DNA of 64,000 nucleotides from Porphyridium purpureum (Eukaryota): NCBI GenBank assembly GCA_008690995.1, contig VRMN01000005.1, positions 434,001 to 498,000 of the forward strand, read 5' to 3'. Shown piece by piece: positions 9,492 to 19,780 of this stretch (position 1 is its first letter; each line of letters starts with the position of its first letter). The notes under the pieces were generated by a model. It saw only the letters and a program-made list of their open reading frames with translations, ran no database searches and was not told where the DNA came from. The position numbers and the translations under genes were made by a program.

Positions 9492-11558
9492 TTACTGGAA
9501 ATCGTCACGAAGCTGGTGCAAGCGTGCAATGAATTCTTCGATGGGCGCTTCGCCCTCGACGTCATTGTTGCGGTTGCGAACATTCACAGTCCCCTTGCTC
9601 TGCTCCTCTTCCCCGACCACCAAGATAAAGTTGTACTGTGCGAGCTGCGCCTCACGGATTTTCTTCTGCAATTTGCGGTCTGACACGTCGACGTCAGCGA
9701 AGAAGCGTGCACCCAGCACTTGCGTTTGCACTGACTTGGCGTAGTCGCTAAACTTTTCACTAACTGGCACGACAACCACTTGCCGCGGGCTCAGCCAGAG
9801 TGGCCACTTGCCGCCGTAATGTTCGCACAGAATCGCAAAGAAGCGTTCAAACGAGCCATAAATCGCTCGGTGGATGATGACGGGGTGGATTGGATCGTTA
9901 TTTTCGCTGCCGGTGTACTGCAGATTGAAGCGAAGCGGCAACTGGAAGTCAAGCTGCACGGTGGCGCACTGGTGGCGCCGCTTGAGCGCATCGAACACTT
10001 TGATATCAATCTTGGGGCCATAGAACGCGCCGTCCTCTGGATTCAATTTCCAACCGTCCTTCTCGTTGCATTTCTTACCGGTGAATTGCTCCAGCGCTTG
10101 AGCCAGCTGAGCTTCTGCTCGGTCCCACATTTCCAGCTCGCCTAGGTACTTTTCTGGTCGCGTCGATAAGTGAAGTTCGAATGTGAAACCAAATTTGCCG
10201 TACACGAACTTCAAAAACTCCAAGCAGCCGACCACCTCTTCCGCCACCTGCTCCTGTGTGCAGAAAATGTGGGCATCGTCCTGCTGGAAGCGCCGCACGC
10301 GCGTGAGTCCACTCAGCGCCCCCGATAGTTCGTTCCGATGCAGCACGCCGAAATCAGCCAGACGCATCGGAAGCTCGCGATATGAACGCGGGCGCATTCC
10401 AAAAATGAGGCAATGGCCGGGGCAGTTCATTGGCTTGAGCCCAAAATCGCGTTTCTCAACCTCAAAGCCAAACATGTTTTCACGATAATTTGCTGCATGG
10501 CCGGACGTCTCCCATAGAGCAAAGTCGTAAATGTTGGGCGAGTTGACTTCCTGGAAGCCTCGGCCCCAGTACTCGTCCTTGAGAAAGCTCATTAGCGTGT
10601 TGTATATGCGCATGCCGTGCGGCAGGAAAAATGCACTGCCAGGGCTGTATGGATGGAACATGACAAGTTCCTGGTCGCGCGAGATGACTCGGTGATCTCG
10701 TTTCGCAGCCTCTTCCATGAGCTTTTTGTATTCCTTGAGCAGTTTGGAGTCTGGGAACGAGATGCCGTACACTCGCTGCAGGGATGGATTCTCGGCCTTT
10801 CCGAGCCAGTACGCCTGGCTTGCCTTTGTACACGCCATGGCCTTGACGCGGTGCGATGCAGGGACGTGCGGCCCTCGGCATAGATCGATAAACGGTCCGT
10901 CTCGATACGCGGTGATGGTCGTGCCTTCTTCGAGCTTATTGATCAACTCTGTTTTGAAGCGATTGTAGCCAAACATTTCTAAAGCCTCCTCCTTGCTCAA
11001 CTCCATACGCTGGAACGTGCGCTTCGACTTGGCGATCCTCTCCACGCGCTTTTCCAAGTCGGAGAAATCGGCCTCGACCACTTTCTTCTCCTGCATAAAC
11101 ATGTCGTAGTAGAATCCGTCTTCGAGCGGCGGGCCGATGCACAGCTCGCCTTTGAATTTGTACTCGAGTGCCTCGCCCAGCATGTGTGCCGTGGAATGCC
11201 ACAGTACCGATTTCCCCTCGTCCGTTTCAAAATCGCAGATCTTGAGCGTGCAGTCTGTTTCCAGCGGTCGCTCCATATCCCACTGCTTCCCATCCACCAT
11301 TGCCACCAGCGCCTTTCGGGCCAGACCCTCTGAAATACGCATGGCGATATCCATCGGCGACGTTTTGCACGCGGTACCCTCCTGGACGGTTCCATCTGGC
11401 AGGGTCACGCGGATCGGCGCGCCGTCCATTCCGGCCGCCGGCATGATCCCCGCGCTTCCCCCGCGCCTCGCCACCGCGGCATCCCAGACTGCTATCCGAT
11501 GTGCCACATACGAAGGCGCGTCGTCCACATTGCCACCTCCCCAGCTCTCGTCTGCCAT
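9492..11558 (-). CDS. thrS: Threonyl-tRNA synthetase (eukaryotic cytosolic type)
   Basis: TGS domain, HSTAH and DLCRGPH editing motifs, KPMNCPGH, TRVRRFQQDDAH, FYGPKID, IHRAI, anticodon-binding C-terminus. Confidence 0.97.
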   Translation of the reverse strand: MADESWGGGNVDDAPSYVAHRIAVWDAAVARRGGSAGIMPAAGMDGAPIRVTLPDGTVQEGTACKTSPMDIAMRISEGLARKALVAMVDGKQWDMERPLETDCTLKICDFETDEGKSVLWHSTAHMLGEALEYKFKGELCIGPPLEDGFYYDMFMQEKKVVEADFSDLEKRVERIAKSKRTFQRMELSKEEALEMFGYNRFKTELINKLEEGTTITAYRDGPFIDLCRGPHVPASHRVKAMACTKASQAYWLGKAENPSLQRVYGISFPDSKLLKEYKKLMEEAAKRDHRVISRDQELVMFHPYSPGSAFFLPHGMRIYNTLMSFLKDEYWGRGFQEVNSPNIYDFALWETSGHAANYRENMFGFEVEKRDFGLKPMNCPGHCLIFGMRPRSYRELPMRLADFGVLHRNELSGALSGLTRVRRFQQDDAHIFCTQEQVAEEVVGCLEFLKFVYGKFGFTFELHLSTRPEKYLGELEMWDRAEAQLAQALEQFTGKKCNEKDGWKLNPEDGAFYGPKIDIKVFDALKRRHQCATVQLDFQLPLRFNLQYTGSENNDPIHPVIIHRAIYGSFERFFAILCEHYGGKWPLWLSPRQVVVVPVSEKFSDYAKSVQTQVLGARFFADVDVSDRKLQKKIREAQLAQYNFILVVGEEEQSKGTVNVRNRNNDVEGEAPIEEFIARLHQLRDDFQ

Positions 11559-12090
11559 TCTCTTTCTCTCTCCCTCTCATGCGCTCTCCCACCTCTCCCG
11601 CTCCCCAACGTCCCGACTCGGCTTCGGAACCACCGCCGCGGCGCCGCTCCGCCATCCGGTTCAACTTCCGCGAACACACCACGTACTAAAAGAGCATCAT
11701 TTTGCCATGCTTCGCCTTGAACGGTTAACACGATCTGCGTTGTCGGAACCGGCATCGAGCGTCCCTACTAAACCTGCGTTGCTTACTATACACTTCGCTT
11801 ATCGGTTTAAGCATATGCGCGCTCTCACAATTTGGTGTGAAAACTGCAGGTACGGTACAGTGGGTACTGTAACTAGGCGAGCGTTTCATTTGGGACAGGC
11901 AGCGGTCGCGTCCGCGACGCAGGCTCTACTTGTGCGAGGGGCTTCAGCATCGCTTGCGAGTTGAACAGCGTTTGTTTGTTTGTTAGCGATCGTCTGCATC
12001 CATATGAACAAGTAGATTGTGGCTTGTGATGGGGCGCCGGAGGCTTCTGGGAAGCGCGAATCGTGCATTGTTTGAGGGGCTTGTGCGCGT

Positions 12091-12588
12091 TTACGTCGTG
12101 GACTGGACTCTGCGGTCGTCCTGGCTCTGCCTTGTGGTTTGTGGCTGTGAGAGATGATGAGCGGGCACCGGTCGGGGCTGCACTGTGACATCGCGCATGG
12201 TAACAAGACTGGGAGCCGCTGCGGCCCGCGCCGACATGGCCGTCGGCGGCCGCCCGCCGCGCTTGGCGCGCACGGCGCGAAACCACTCGACCCACTCACG
12301 TTGCTCATCCGCATCTTGCGCCTCCTCCTCCTCCTCCTCTTCCTGCGTGTCCAAATCTTCTGCGCCGCGCTCTCCTACCTGTGCGTCCTCCGCTCGCATC
12401 ACCTCCATCTCGCGCATCGCGTCCAGCCATCCTTGCTCCCATCCTCGCAGATACCCTCGCTGCCGCGCAGAACCCAGCGCGCCCGTTCCGGACGAGTGCA
12501 GACAGCCCAGCACCACACGCTCCACAAGCTCGTCGACCTTTGCATCCACCGGTAGCACCTCTGCCGCAGCCGCGCCACTCATATCCAT
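12091..12588 (-). CDS. Hypothetical protein (165 aa) with GYxxGWxxG segment and acidic tract
   Basis: ATG-initiated ORF in an otherwise empty spacer, with protein-like helical N-half. No family recognised with confidence. Confidence 0.45.
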   Translation of the reverse strand: MDMSGAAAAEVLPVDAKVDELVERVVLGCLHSSGTGALGSARQRGYLRGWEQGWLDAMREMEVMRAEDAQVGERGAEDLDTQEEEEEEEAQDADEQREWVEWFRAVRAKRGGRPPTAMSARAAAAPSLVTMRDVTVQPRPVPAHHLSQPQTTRQSQDDRRVQSTT

Positions 12589-13075
12589 CCCACCTCTTCT
12601 CCACCACCACCCCTGTGTCTACCGTTCCCCCACACCCAAAACCCGAAACACGAATGGTTTGCGCGCTTTTATCGTGTTCCCCCTTCCGGCTCGAGCGTTT
12701 TGGCCGTCGGTTTCAAGTTTGCCTTGACTTCCTTCTTTCACTTCTTTCAGGTCTTTTATCATCTCCGGCGAGCCGCCAGGGGGGACAAGGGGGAAAAAAA
12801 AACATGCTCGGGATCTGGAGGAGGGGATAAAGTGAACGTGGAAGAGAAGCAATGATGTTTTACTATGAACGCGTATAGATGGTTCATGCGGTTCAAAGCG
12901 GTTTGTGTGTCGTAGTCGTGATTCCCAATGGATTGATGAGACGCTGTTGCTACGGATTGCGGGTGTATGTGGGTACAGAGGGAGAAGAGGGAAGGAGCGG
13001 AGAAGAGGGAAGGAGAGGCAACGTGGGTTGGGGGTAAGTGGAGAAGGGAGGTAGGAGGGGAGGGGGGCAGTGAGC

Positions 13076-14992
13076 ATGGATCAGAGTACAACGAAGGCCA
13101 TGGATGTGGTGCCGCCAGCGATGATCATGTTTGTGCCGATCGCGAACGGAAGTGGTGGAGCAGGCGCGCTGCGGCACTCGCGAGGCAAGGTCGGGCACAG
13201 CGCGTGCTTGGCGGCGACGTCGGGTAGGAGGCACAGGCCGAGTAGCGGCTCGCACAGCGCGCGGCGGCTGGATGTGCGCATGGCCGCGGCGCTGGAGCAA
13301 GGTACCCACCGCTCGCTGACCGGCGAGGTGGATTATGTGATCGTCGGCGGTGGCGCAGCGGGATGCGTGCTTGCGAACCGTCTCTCTGCAGACAAGAACG
13401 TGTCAGTGCTCCTGCTCGAGGCAGGCGGGAAGGGGGATTCGTTCAAGATCAGCGTGCCGCTCGGGTTTCCCTATTTGTGTGGCTCGGATATCGACTGGAA
13501 GTATCTGTCCGAACCAGAGGAGGAGCTTCACGAGCGTCGCGTCTACTTTCCGCGCGGCAAGATGCTCGGTGGGTCCCACAGCATGTCTGTTATGCTGTAC
13601 CACCGCGGCGAGGCTGCGGACTACGAGCAGTGGGAGGCGATGGGCGCGGAAGGCTGGGGCCCCGACGGCGTGCTGCCCTTTTTCAAAAAGTCCGAACATC
13701 AGCACGCAAAGGATATGGATAGCGCATTCCACTCCAAATCGGGGCCACTCAGCGTCTCGGATCTGCGGCGAGTCAACCCGCTGACTAAGGTTTTTTTGGA
13801 GGCATGCGAGGGCGCCGGCATGCCGCGCAACGAAGATTTCAATAATTGGAACTCACGGCAAGACGGCATGGGCACCTTTCAGGTCACTCAGCGAGAAGGC
13901 ATGCGCGAGAGTCCCGCTACCGCATACTTGCGTCCAGTGGTGGGGCGAAGGAATCTTCGTGTTGAGACTCATGCCAGCGTGGAAAAAGTTTTGATCGATG
14001 AAGGCTCAAAGACCGCCGTTGGCGTATCGTACGTCAACAAGGATGGCCGCAAGGTGAAAATTCAGGCACGAAAGGAAGTGATTTTGGCCGCAGGTTCGCT
14101 TGCGACTCCGCAGCTCCTGATGCTGTCCGGTATTGGCGACCGTCATATGCTGGACGAGTTTGGTATCCCGGTCATTCAGCACCTGCCCGGCGTTGGGCAG
14201 AACCTGCAAGATCAGCCCGCGGTCATGCTGAGCTACCAGTCGCCGAATCCGTATGTGGACAAGAACAAGACGCAGACTTATTATACTGAGAGAACAGGCA
14301 AGGATATCCGCAGCATCCTCAGTTACCTTTTCCTCGGCAATGGGCCGCTCACGTCGCCCATGTGTGAGGCAGGTGGCTTTGTGCGCTCGGATCCCTCCCA
14401 GCGCTCGTGCGATCTGCAGCTTCGCTTCATTCCATTCGTGTCGGAGCCCGATCCGTACCACTCGCTCGGCGATTTTGCTACGGGTGGTGAATATCTGACG
14501 AACAAGTCAAACCGACCTGCGGGTTTCACGCTTCAGTCGGTAGTCACGCGCCCAAAGTCGCGCGGATACGTCGCGCTGCGCTCAGCAGACTTCCGAGATC
14601 GGCCCATGGTGGTCCCGCGATGGCTCGAAGACAAGGCCGATCTCAAAACGATGGTGGAAGGAATCAAGCTGTGTCGCAAAATTGCGTCACAATCACAGTT
14701 CGCCCAATTTCGAGGTGATGAATTGTACCCGGGACCGCAGCTGTCAAGTGACGCTGACTTGGAAAGCTATATCCGAGAAAGCTGCCACACGGCGAACGCG
14801 GTGGTCGGCTCGTGTCGCATGGGAGCTTTGGATGACGATTCAGCCGTTGTGGATCCATCATTGCGCGTCAAGCATATCAAGAACCTGCGCGTGATTGACT
14901 CGAGTGTCATGCCGACGTTGCCCGGTGGGCAAGCTGGTGCACCGACCATGATGATTGCAGAGAAGGGAGCCGAGCTAGTTTTGTCGATTTAG
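13076..14992 (+). CDS. FAP: Fatty acid photodecarboxylase (GMC oxidoreductase family), plastid-targeted
   Basis: GMC FAD motif DYVIVGGGAAGCVLANRLS. FAP-clade features: NLQDQPA, catalytic Cys (SPMCEAG), Arg (DLQLRF), HTANA with Asn replacing the GMC His, PGGQAGAP. N-terminal transit-like extension. Confidence 0.87.
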   Translation: MDQSTTKAMDVVPPAMIMFVPIANGSGGAGALRHSRGKVGHSACLAATSGRRHRPSSGSHSARRLDVRMAAALEQGTHRSLTGEVDYVIVGGGAAGCVLANRLSADKNVSVLLLEAGGKGDSFKISVPLGFPYLCGSDIDWKYLSEPEEELHERRVYFPRGKMLGGSHSMSVMLYHRGEAADYEQWEAMGAEGWGPDGVLPFFKKSEHQHAKDMDSAFHSKSGPLSVSDLRRVNPLTKVFLEACEGAGMPRNEDFNNWNSRQDGMGTFQVTQREGMRESPATAYLRPVVGRRNLRVETHASVEKVLIDEGSKTAVGVSYVNKDGRKVKIQARKEVILAAGSLATPQLLMLSGIGDRHMLDEFGIPVIQHLPGVGQNLQDQPAVMLSYQSPNPYVDKNKTQTYYTERTGKDIRSILSYLFLGNGPLTSPMCEAGGFVRSDPSQRSCDLQLRFIPFVSEPDPYHSLGDFATGGEYLTNKSNRPAGFTLQSVVTRPKSRGYVALRSADFRDRPMVVPRWLEDKADLKTMVEGIKLCRKIASQSQFAQFRGDELYPGPQLSSDADLESYIRESCHTANAVVGSCRMGALDDDSAVVDPSLRVKHIKNLRVIDSSVMPTLPGGQAGAPTMMIAEKGAELVLSI

Positions 14993-15666
14993 CGAATAGG
15001 ATATACAGTACATGCCTTAATTGTTTGTTTGTTTTTTTGTCGTTGCTTTGTTTGCTTTGGAATGGCCTTCTCAGTGAGTATTCTGGCGCTTAGCGAGTCT
15101 GCTCACCTGCCTCTAGACGCTGTGGGCAAAATGCTTGTGATCTGTTCATGACGTGCTTGTGTGAGCAGCTCTGCATACTCGTTGCATGGTTCTCTCAGTA
15201 GAAACCCTGCACAACCAGGATTACCCGCATACCTGAGATGGATTTACGAGAATATATTCCTGTGGCTTCATCTAACGAAATCTCACAAAATAATATCCTA
15301 ACTCTTCCTCGCACAAGCGCTCACCCGGTGCAGAAGCGTGGCCCGAGATCACGAGGAGCTGTCCTCCCCCATTACCAGTGCGGAATGTCGCGACTCTGAG
15401 CTTGTCATTTCGGCAGCGCTGCACTACCGATGGTCACTTGCAAGAAAAGCCAGGAGCTGGTGATCCCGGCGTTCAAATTGATGCAATGCGTAGCGTTGTC
15501 TGAGCGTTTCGTCTCGGTCTTCGACAAGGACGAGAGAAAAAGGTTCAAGTTTCAGAAATCTTGCGCAGCCGCATCTCAGAGTAATTCCACAAGGCAGAGA
15601 ATGATGGAAGACACGCTTATGCACTTGGGCAAAAGCGCTCTTATTCACGCTGACATTTGGTTTCAC

Positions 15667-16596
15667 TCAGCCAATGTCACCAATATCATCCAAGTCGCTG
15701 GTCTCGTGCGCGTTGAAATCGGGGTGTCGACTTTCCGTTGCTTTACACTTACCGCCTTCATCCGTTCTGATACAACTGAACGCAACGTTATCATCCAGGT
15801 CGCTACCACTCCTTTCTTCACCATCGCTATGAGTTTCGTCATCGTCGTCGAACTCATCGTCGAGCGCATCGCTGTCATCATCTCCGCGTTTTCGCCATCT
15901 GGCAGCCAAGCCGTGCGTGGCGGCCTTGGGATCCAGACTGCGCGCATTCGGTCCATGATCTAGCACTTTCGGCTCATCGGAAGACTCGAAGCCATCTATG
16001 CCTGTGAGCACATCGTCCCACTCTGCACTCGTTTCCCTGCGGGTCTCGAATTGTACGAGAAACGCACGATGCGCCGCAAGCACCTCGTCCCGGTCACGGC
16101 ACTGGATATATTTGTCAAAGAATTCCTTGTTGAGCGTCAAAAAGCCAGGGCCCCACTTGAAAGGCGCAAGCACCTTGTCGGCCTCTTCAGGTCTCCTGAG
16201 CAACACCAACGCGGCGGCAAGCGCTTCCGCGCAGTTGAGCCGGAACGCGCGGCCAAAGTTCGTCGGATTTGCGGCAAGCAGCACCGGGAGCAGCCTATGC
16301 ACCCCGCCCTTCATTTTTTCGAACGGAACCGTATCCAGCTGCGCCCACGAGCAGTCGATCACGCCGAGACTCGACGCAAACTGTTGATCCTCAGCAAAAC
16401 TCAGCAGCTGCGTGCCGCGCGGCGACAACACCAAGCCCGTGCAGCGAGTCCCGATTTTGCGCGACTGCAGCAGCTGCAGCCGTTCCAGCTTGCGCCCCGA
16501 GCACCGCCGCGCATCGCACTGCCGCATATCCAGCATATACAATCGCACAGCCGCCATCTCCGCACCGCTCCTCGTCGATCTCTTGCGCCCCAACAT
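15667..16596 (-). CDS. TSR3: 18S rRNA aminocarboxypropyltransferase Tsr3
   Basis: DMRQCDARRCSGRKL, VIDCSW, LLAANPTNFG, CAEALAA, FKWGPGFL, acidic tail. Start at 16596 or 16557. Confidence 0.93.
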   Translation of the reverse strand: MLGRKRSTRSGAEMAAVRLYMLDMRQCDARRCSGRKLERLQLLQSRKIGTRCTGLVLSPRGTQLLSFAEDQQFASSLGVIDCSWAQLDTVPFEKMKGGVHRLLPVLLAANPTNFGRAFRLNCAEALAAALVLLRRPEEADKVLAPFKWGPGFLTLNKEFFDKYIQCRDRDEVLAAHRAFLVQFETRRETSAEWDDVLTGIDGFESSDEPKVLDHGPNARSLDPKAATHGLAARWRKRGDDDSDALDDEFDDDDETHSDGEERSGSDLDDNVAFSCIRTDEGGKCKATESRHPDFNAHETSDLDDIGDIG

Positions 16597-16732
16597 CAAC
16601 CCCCCCGACCACCATCGCCTTTCCCTTCTAAATCTCCTGTACTACGGCTTGATATCCATTATGTTTTCCCTTCCACCCTTGCTTTCAAGATGCCTTGCAA
16701 TTTCATGTGAAGGGTACAGTTGCGAGACTGAC

Positions 16733-16825
16733 GTCCATATCGTCTAATGGTTAGCTTATGCTTTTCTCCATCGAGGACGTCACGTTGTGGCCGTGACAAT
16801 CCCAGTTCGATTCTGGGTGTGGACA
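16733..16825 (+). tRNA. trnH-GUG: tRNA-His(GUG) with a 21-nt D-loop intron (16753-16773)
   Basis: Acceptor GTCCATA/TGTGGAC+A, D-stem GTCT/GGAC, anticodon arm TCACG-TTGTGGC-CGTGA (GTG at 16787-16789), T-arm CCCAG-TTCGATT-CTGGG. Removing 21 nt gives a canonical 72-nt cloverleaf. Confidence 0.92.
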
Positions 16826-17031
16826 AGATTCCTTGCATGAAGGCGCTAGTCTTTCAGATCCTGGAAGATTTTCGTTTTTGTCTTCATTTTTTTGACTCCT
16901 TCAACAAGTGAAGGCGCCGGTGTGGTTTGGTTGGTGGTGGGCCCGTACCATCTCTCAGCTTTAAGGCTTGTAGCAAAATGATAATCATGCGCTATGTTAG
17001 TCCCTCTCTCTCTCTTTCTTTATCTCTCGTG

Positions 17032-17694
17032 TCAGGCTCTGCTTTTCAGTGCGGCATCGACCAGTTGCGTGACCAACGCTTTGGATAAGCCCATCACGGC
17101 GTCCTGTGTGCCGAGCAGGTGGTCGACGTACGGAAGCACCAGCGGGTGTTCAATCATCAGTCCGCCCGCGCAGTAGAACACATCGCCTTCCGTAATGAGC
17201 CTCTCTATATTCTGCTCTGGGATCGGCCGAAAGTAGATTTCGGTGATGTCCACGCCGTCATACCGCTTGCTACGGTCAAAGCAGTCCCTGCGGCGCCCCG
17301 AAACCGGGGTGATCACGACAGAGCCCACCGTACTCGCCGGCGCTTCAGCAAACCCTTTGCAGTTCGCTCGGATCTCGTCCGCGCTCTCTGGCTTCTCCAA
17401 AATCTGGCCCTTGTGAACCACCACCTGGTCGCCTGTGAGCAATAACACATGAGCGCCCTCTGGCATCAGCGCTCGCCGTTGCTCGTCACTGAACGCGTCA
17501 ATTTTCGCCAAGATGGCGTCCGCTTTGGCATGCCCGAGCTCGCGTACCAGCTCTGACGGCTCGGGGCGTCGGATCGCTTTCTCGTCTATATCCGCCTTGA
17601 TCACCGCCAGATTCCCGAGCGTTTGTGAATATCCCAGCTCCTCCATGATCTGCCGCCGCCCGAACGAGCCACTTCCCAGCAGAATAAAAGCCAT
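17032..17694 (-). CDS. Maf-like nucleoside triphosphate pyrophosphatase
   Basis: ILLGSGSFGRR, DIDEKAIR, AKA, LTGDQVV..ILEKP, CAGG, VMGL Maf motifs. Confidence 0.92.
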   Translation of the reverse strand: MAFILLGSGSFGRRQIMEELGYSQTLGNLAVIKADIDEKAIRRPEPSELVRELGHAKADAILAKIDAFSDEQRRALMPEGAHVLLLTGDQVVVHKGQILEKPESADEIRANCKGFAEAPASTVGSVVITPVSGRRRDCFDRSKRYDGVDITEIYFRPIPEQNIERLITEGDVFYCAGGLMIEHPLVLPYVDHLLGTQDAVMGLSKALVTQLVDAALKSRA

Positions 17695-17926
17695 CGCGCA
17701 CCGTGGGACTGCAAGCTGATTAGAACACGCACACCCACGTCCTCTTGAAGCACACGCTCGGATTAACCAAATGGGCTCCCGTGGCGGTATGGCAAGGGTG
17801 CGGGTTTTCTTTTGTTAGAACGAAGAAGAAAAAGACGAAGGGAACAATACACTTACAAGGAGGCCTACACGCAACACATACCGTGCTGCCGACGCCACCG
17901 GTACCAAAACCAGCAGTTCAAGGTTT

Positions 17927-19780
17927 CTATGGTGTGTACCTCTGTGGCGTGGACTTTTGGGGTGTGTGCGGCGGCTCAGCCTGATTCGTGATGAGAGGCG
18001 TGAAAATGACATCCATGGCCGAGCCGTCCTGGCCCCACGGGTCCGTCTGCAAGACAAACTCGACGCTGCGGCGCACACTCTCGCGGTCCAATGGAAGCTT
18101 GGCGCAAGCCATCAGGAAGCCAAGGAATGGCGGCGAGGGTCGGCCGGCGCGTGTCTTGTACTCGGGATGATACTGTGTGGCGTAAAAGAACGGATGGTCG
18201 ACGCCCTCCATGATTTCCATGCGCATGCCGGTCTCGTCCTGCCCGACAAAGCGCACGCCGCCGTCCTTCTCCAAAGCCTTCACCATACGAGGATTGATTT
18301 CGTACCGGTGACGATGGCGTTCCATGATTTCGATTCCTCCGTACAACCACGCCGACAGACAATTTTCGTCTCGCAGAATTGTCTTGCGTGCACCCAGTCG
18401 CATTGTGCCACCGAGCTTGGTCTTATCGATCTCGGGCATGTACACCACAATATGCTCGTTCGGATATTCCTGGTCCCACTCGGCACTGCATGCATGGCCC
18501 ATGCCTAGTTTTGACCGCGCGATTTCTACTGCAGCTAGCTGCATGCCAAGACAGATGCCTAGGAATGGCGTGCCGCTTTCGCGCGCATATTTGCTTGCCA
18601 GCATTTTGCCCTCCGAGCCACGATTCCCAAAGCCGCCCGGCACCAGTACACCGTCTGCTTCATGCAACGTAGCCCATGCAGCTGCGTGCTTTGCCTCGTC
18701 CTCGTCGTGTCGCTGCTTGCCTTCCACCGACAATAACGGAACAGGCTCCAGATCTGAAGACTCGACCCACAGCAAATGCAGCTTGCGCTCCGTCGCCATG
18801 GCGGCGTGCTGCAGGGCGCGCACCACCGAGACATACGAGTCCGTCAGGTTGGTGTACTTGCCCACCAAAACCACTTTGACCGTGCCACGACAATTTTCAA
18901 AAGAAAGCGCCATGCGGTTCCATCGCGAAAGCAGCGTGGGCAGTCGCCACACGAGGCGCAGACACTTAATGAGCAGGTTGCACGCACCTTGTTCTTGCAG
19001 CATCATGGCGATTCGGTAGGTGTTGCGCACGTCGTGAACCGAGACTACAGCCTCCGGGGGAACTTGGCAAAACAGACCCAGTTTTTTCTTGGTTTCTGGT
19101 AGTAGCGGGCGCTCCGAGCGACACACAATCATGGACGGCGAAAGCCCCATCGAGGTGAGGTTCTTGACGCCGTGCTGTGTCGGCTTTGTCTTTTGCTCGC
19201 CGACCACCCCCAGCTCGGGTACTAGGCTCACAAAAACCGACATGAAGTTCTCGGTGCCTACATTGTACTGCAGCTGACGCAACGCCTCTATGAACGGCAT
19301 CGACTCAATGTCTCCCACGGTTCCTCCCAACTCGATGACGCATATTTGCGGCGGTAGGCCGGAACTATCGACCGGTGTTTGCGACACGTCGCGAATCCAT
19401 TCCTGGATGGCATCCGTCACGTGTGGGACGACCTGCACCGTTTTGCCCAAGTAGTCACCACGGCGCTCTCTTTCAATGACCTGCTGGTATATTTTACCCG
19501 TTGTGATGTTGTTCTGCCGCGTCAGGTGGATGCCCAAGAAGCGCTCGTAATTGCCAAGGTCCAAGTCCACTTCGCCGCCGTCATCCAGCACAAACACCTC
19601 ACCATGCTCCAGCGGCGACATGGTTCCTGCGTCGATATTAATGTACGGATCAATCTTGATTGACGTCACCCGCCACCCGCACGCCTTGAGCAGCACACCC
19701 AGCGAAGACGCCGTTAGCCCTTTGCCAATCCCACTGATCACTCCGCCGGATACCAGCACATACTTCATGGGCACCGCCAT
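17927..19780 (-). CDS. pyrG: CTP synthase
   Basis: KYVLVSGGVISGIGKG, KIDPY, DLDLGNYERF, KTKPTQ, GATase GICLGMQ and QYHPE. First ATG at 19780. Confidence 0.97.
   Translation of the reverse strand: MAVPMKYVLVSGGVISGIGKGLTASSLGVLLKACGWRVTSIKIDPYINIDAGTMSPLEHGEVFVLDDGGEVDLDLGNYERFLGIHLTRQNNITTGKIYQQVIERERRGDYLGKTVQVVPHVTDAIQEWIRDVSQTPVDSSGLPPQICVIELGGTVGDIESMPFIEALRQLQYNVGTENFMSVFVSLVPELGVVGEQKTKPTQHGVKNLTSMGLSPSMIVCRSERPLLPETKKKLGLFCQVPPEAVVSVHDVRNTYRIAMMLQEQGACNLLIKCLRLVWRLPTLLSRWNRMALSFENCRGTVKVVLVGKYTNLTDSYVSVVRALQHAAMATERKLHLLWVESSDLEPVPLLSVEGKQRHDEDEAKHAAAWATLHEADGVLVPGGFGNRGSEGKMLASKYARESGTPFLGICLGMQLAAVEIARSKLGMGHACSAEWDQEYPNEHIVVYMPEIDKTKLGGTMRLGARKTILRDENCLSAWLYGGIEIMERHRHRYEINPRMVKALEKDGGVRFVGQDETGMRMEIMEGVDHPFFYATQYHPEYKTRAGRPSPPFLGFLMACAKLPLDRESVRRSVEFVLQTDPWGQDGSAMDVIFTPLITNQAEPPHTPQKSTPQRYTP

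Noticed and set aside
15430..15963. 177-aa + strand ORF overlapping the TSR3 3' end
   Set aside because: Over half is antisense to the acidic TSR3 tail and the remainder has no recognisable motif.
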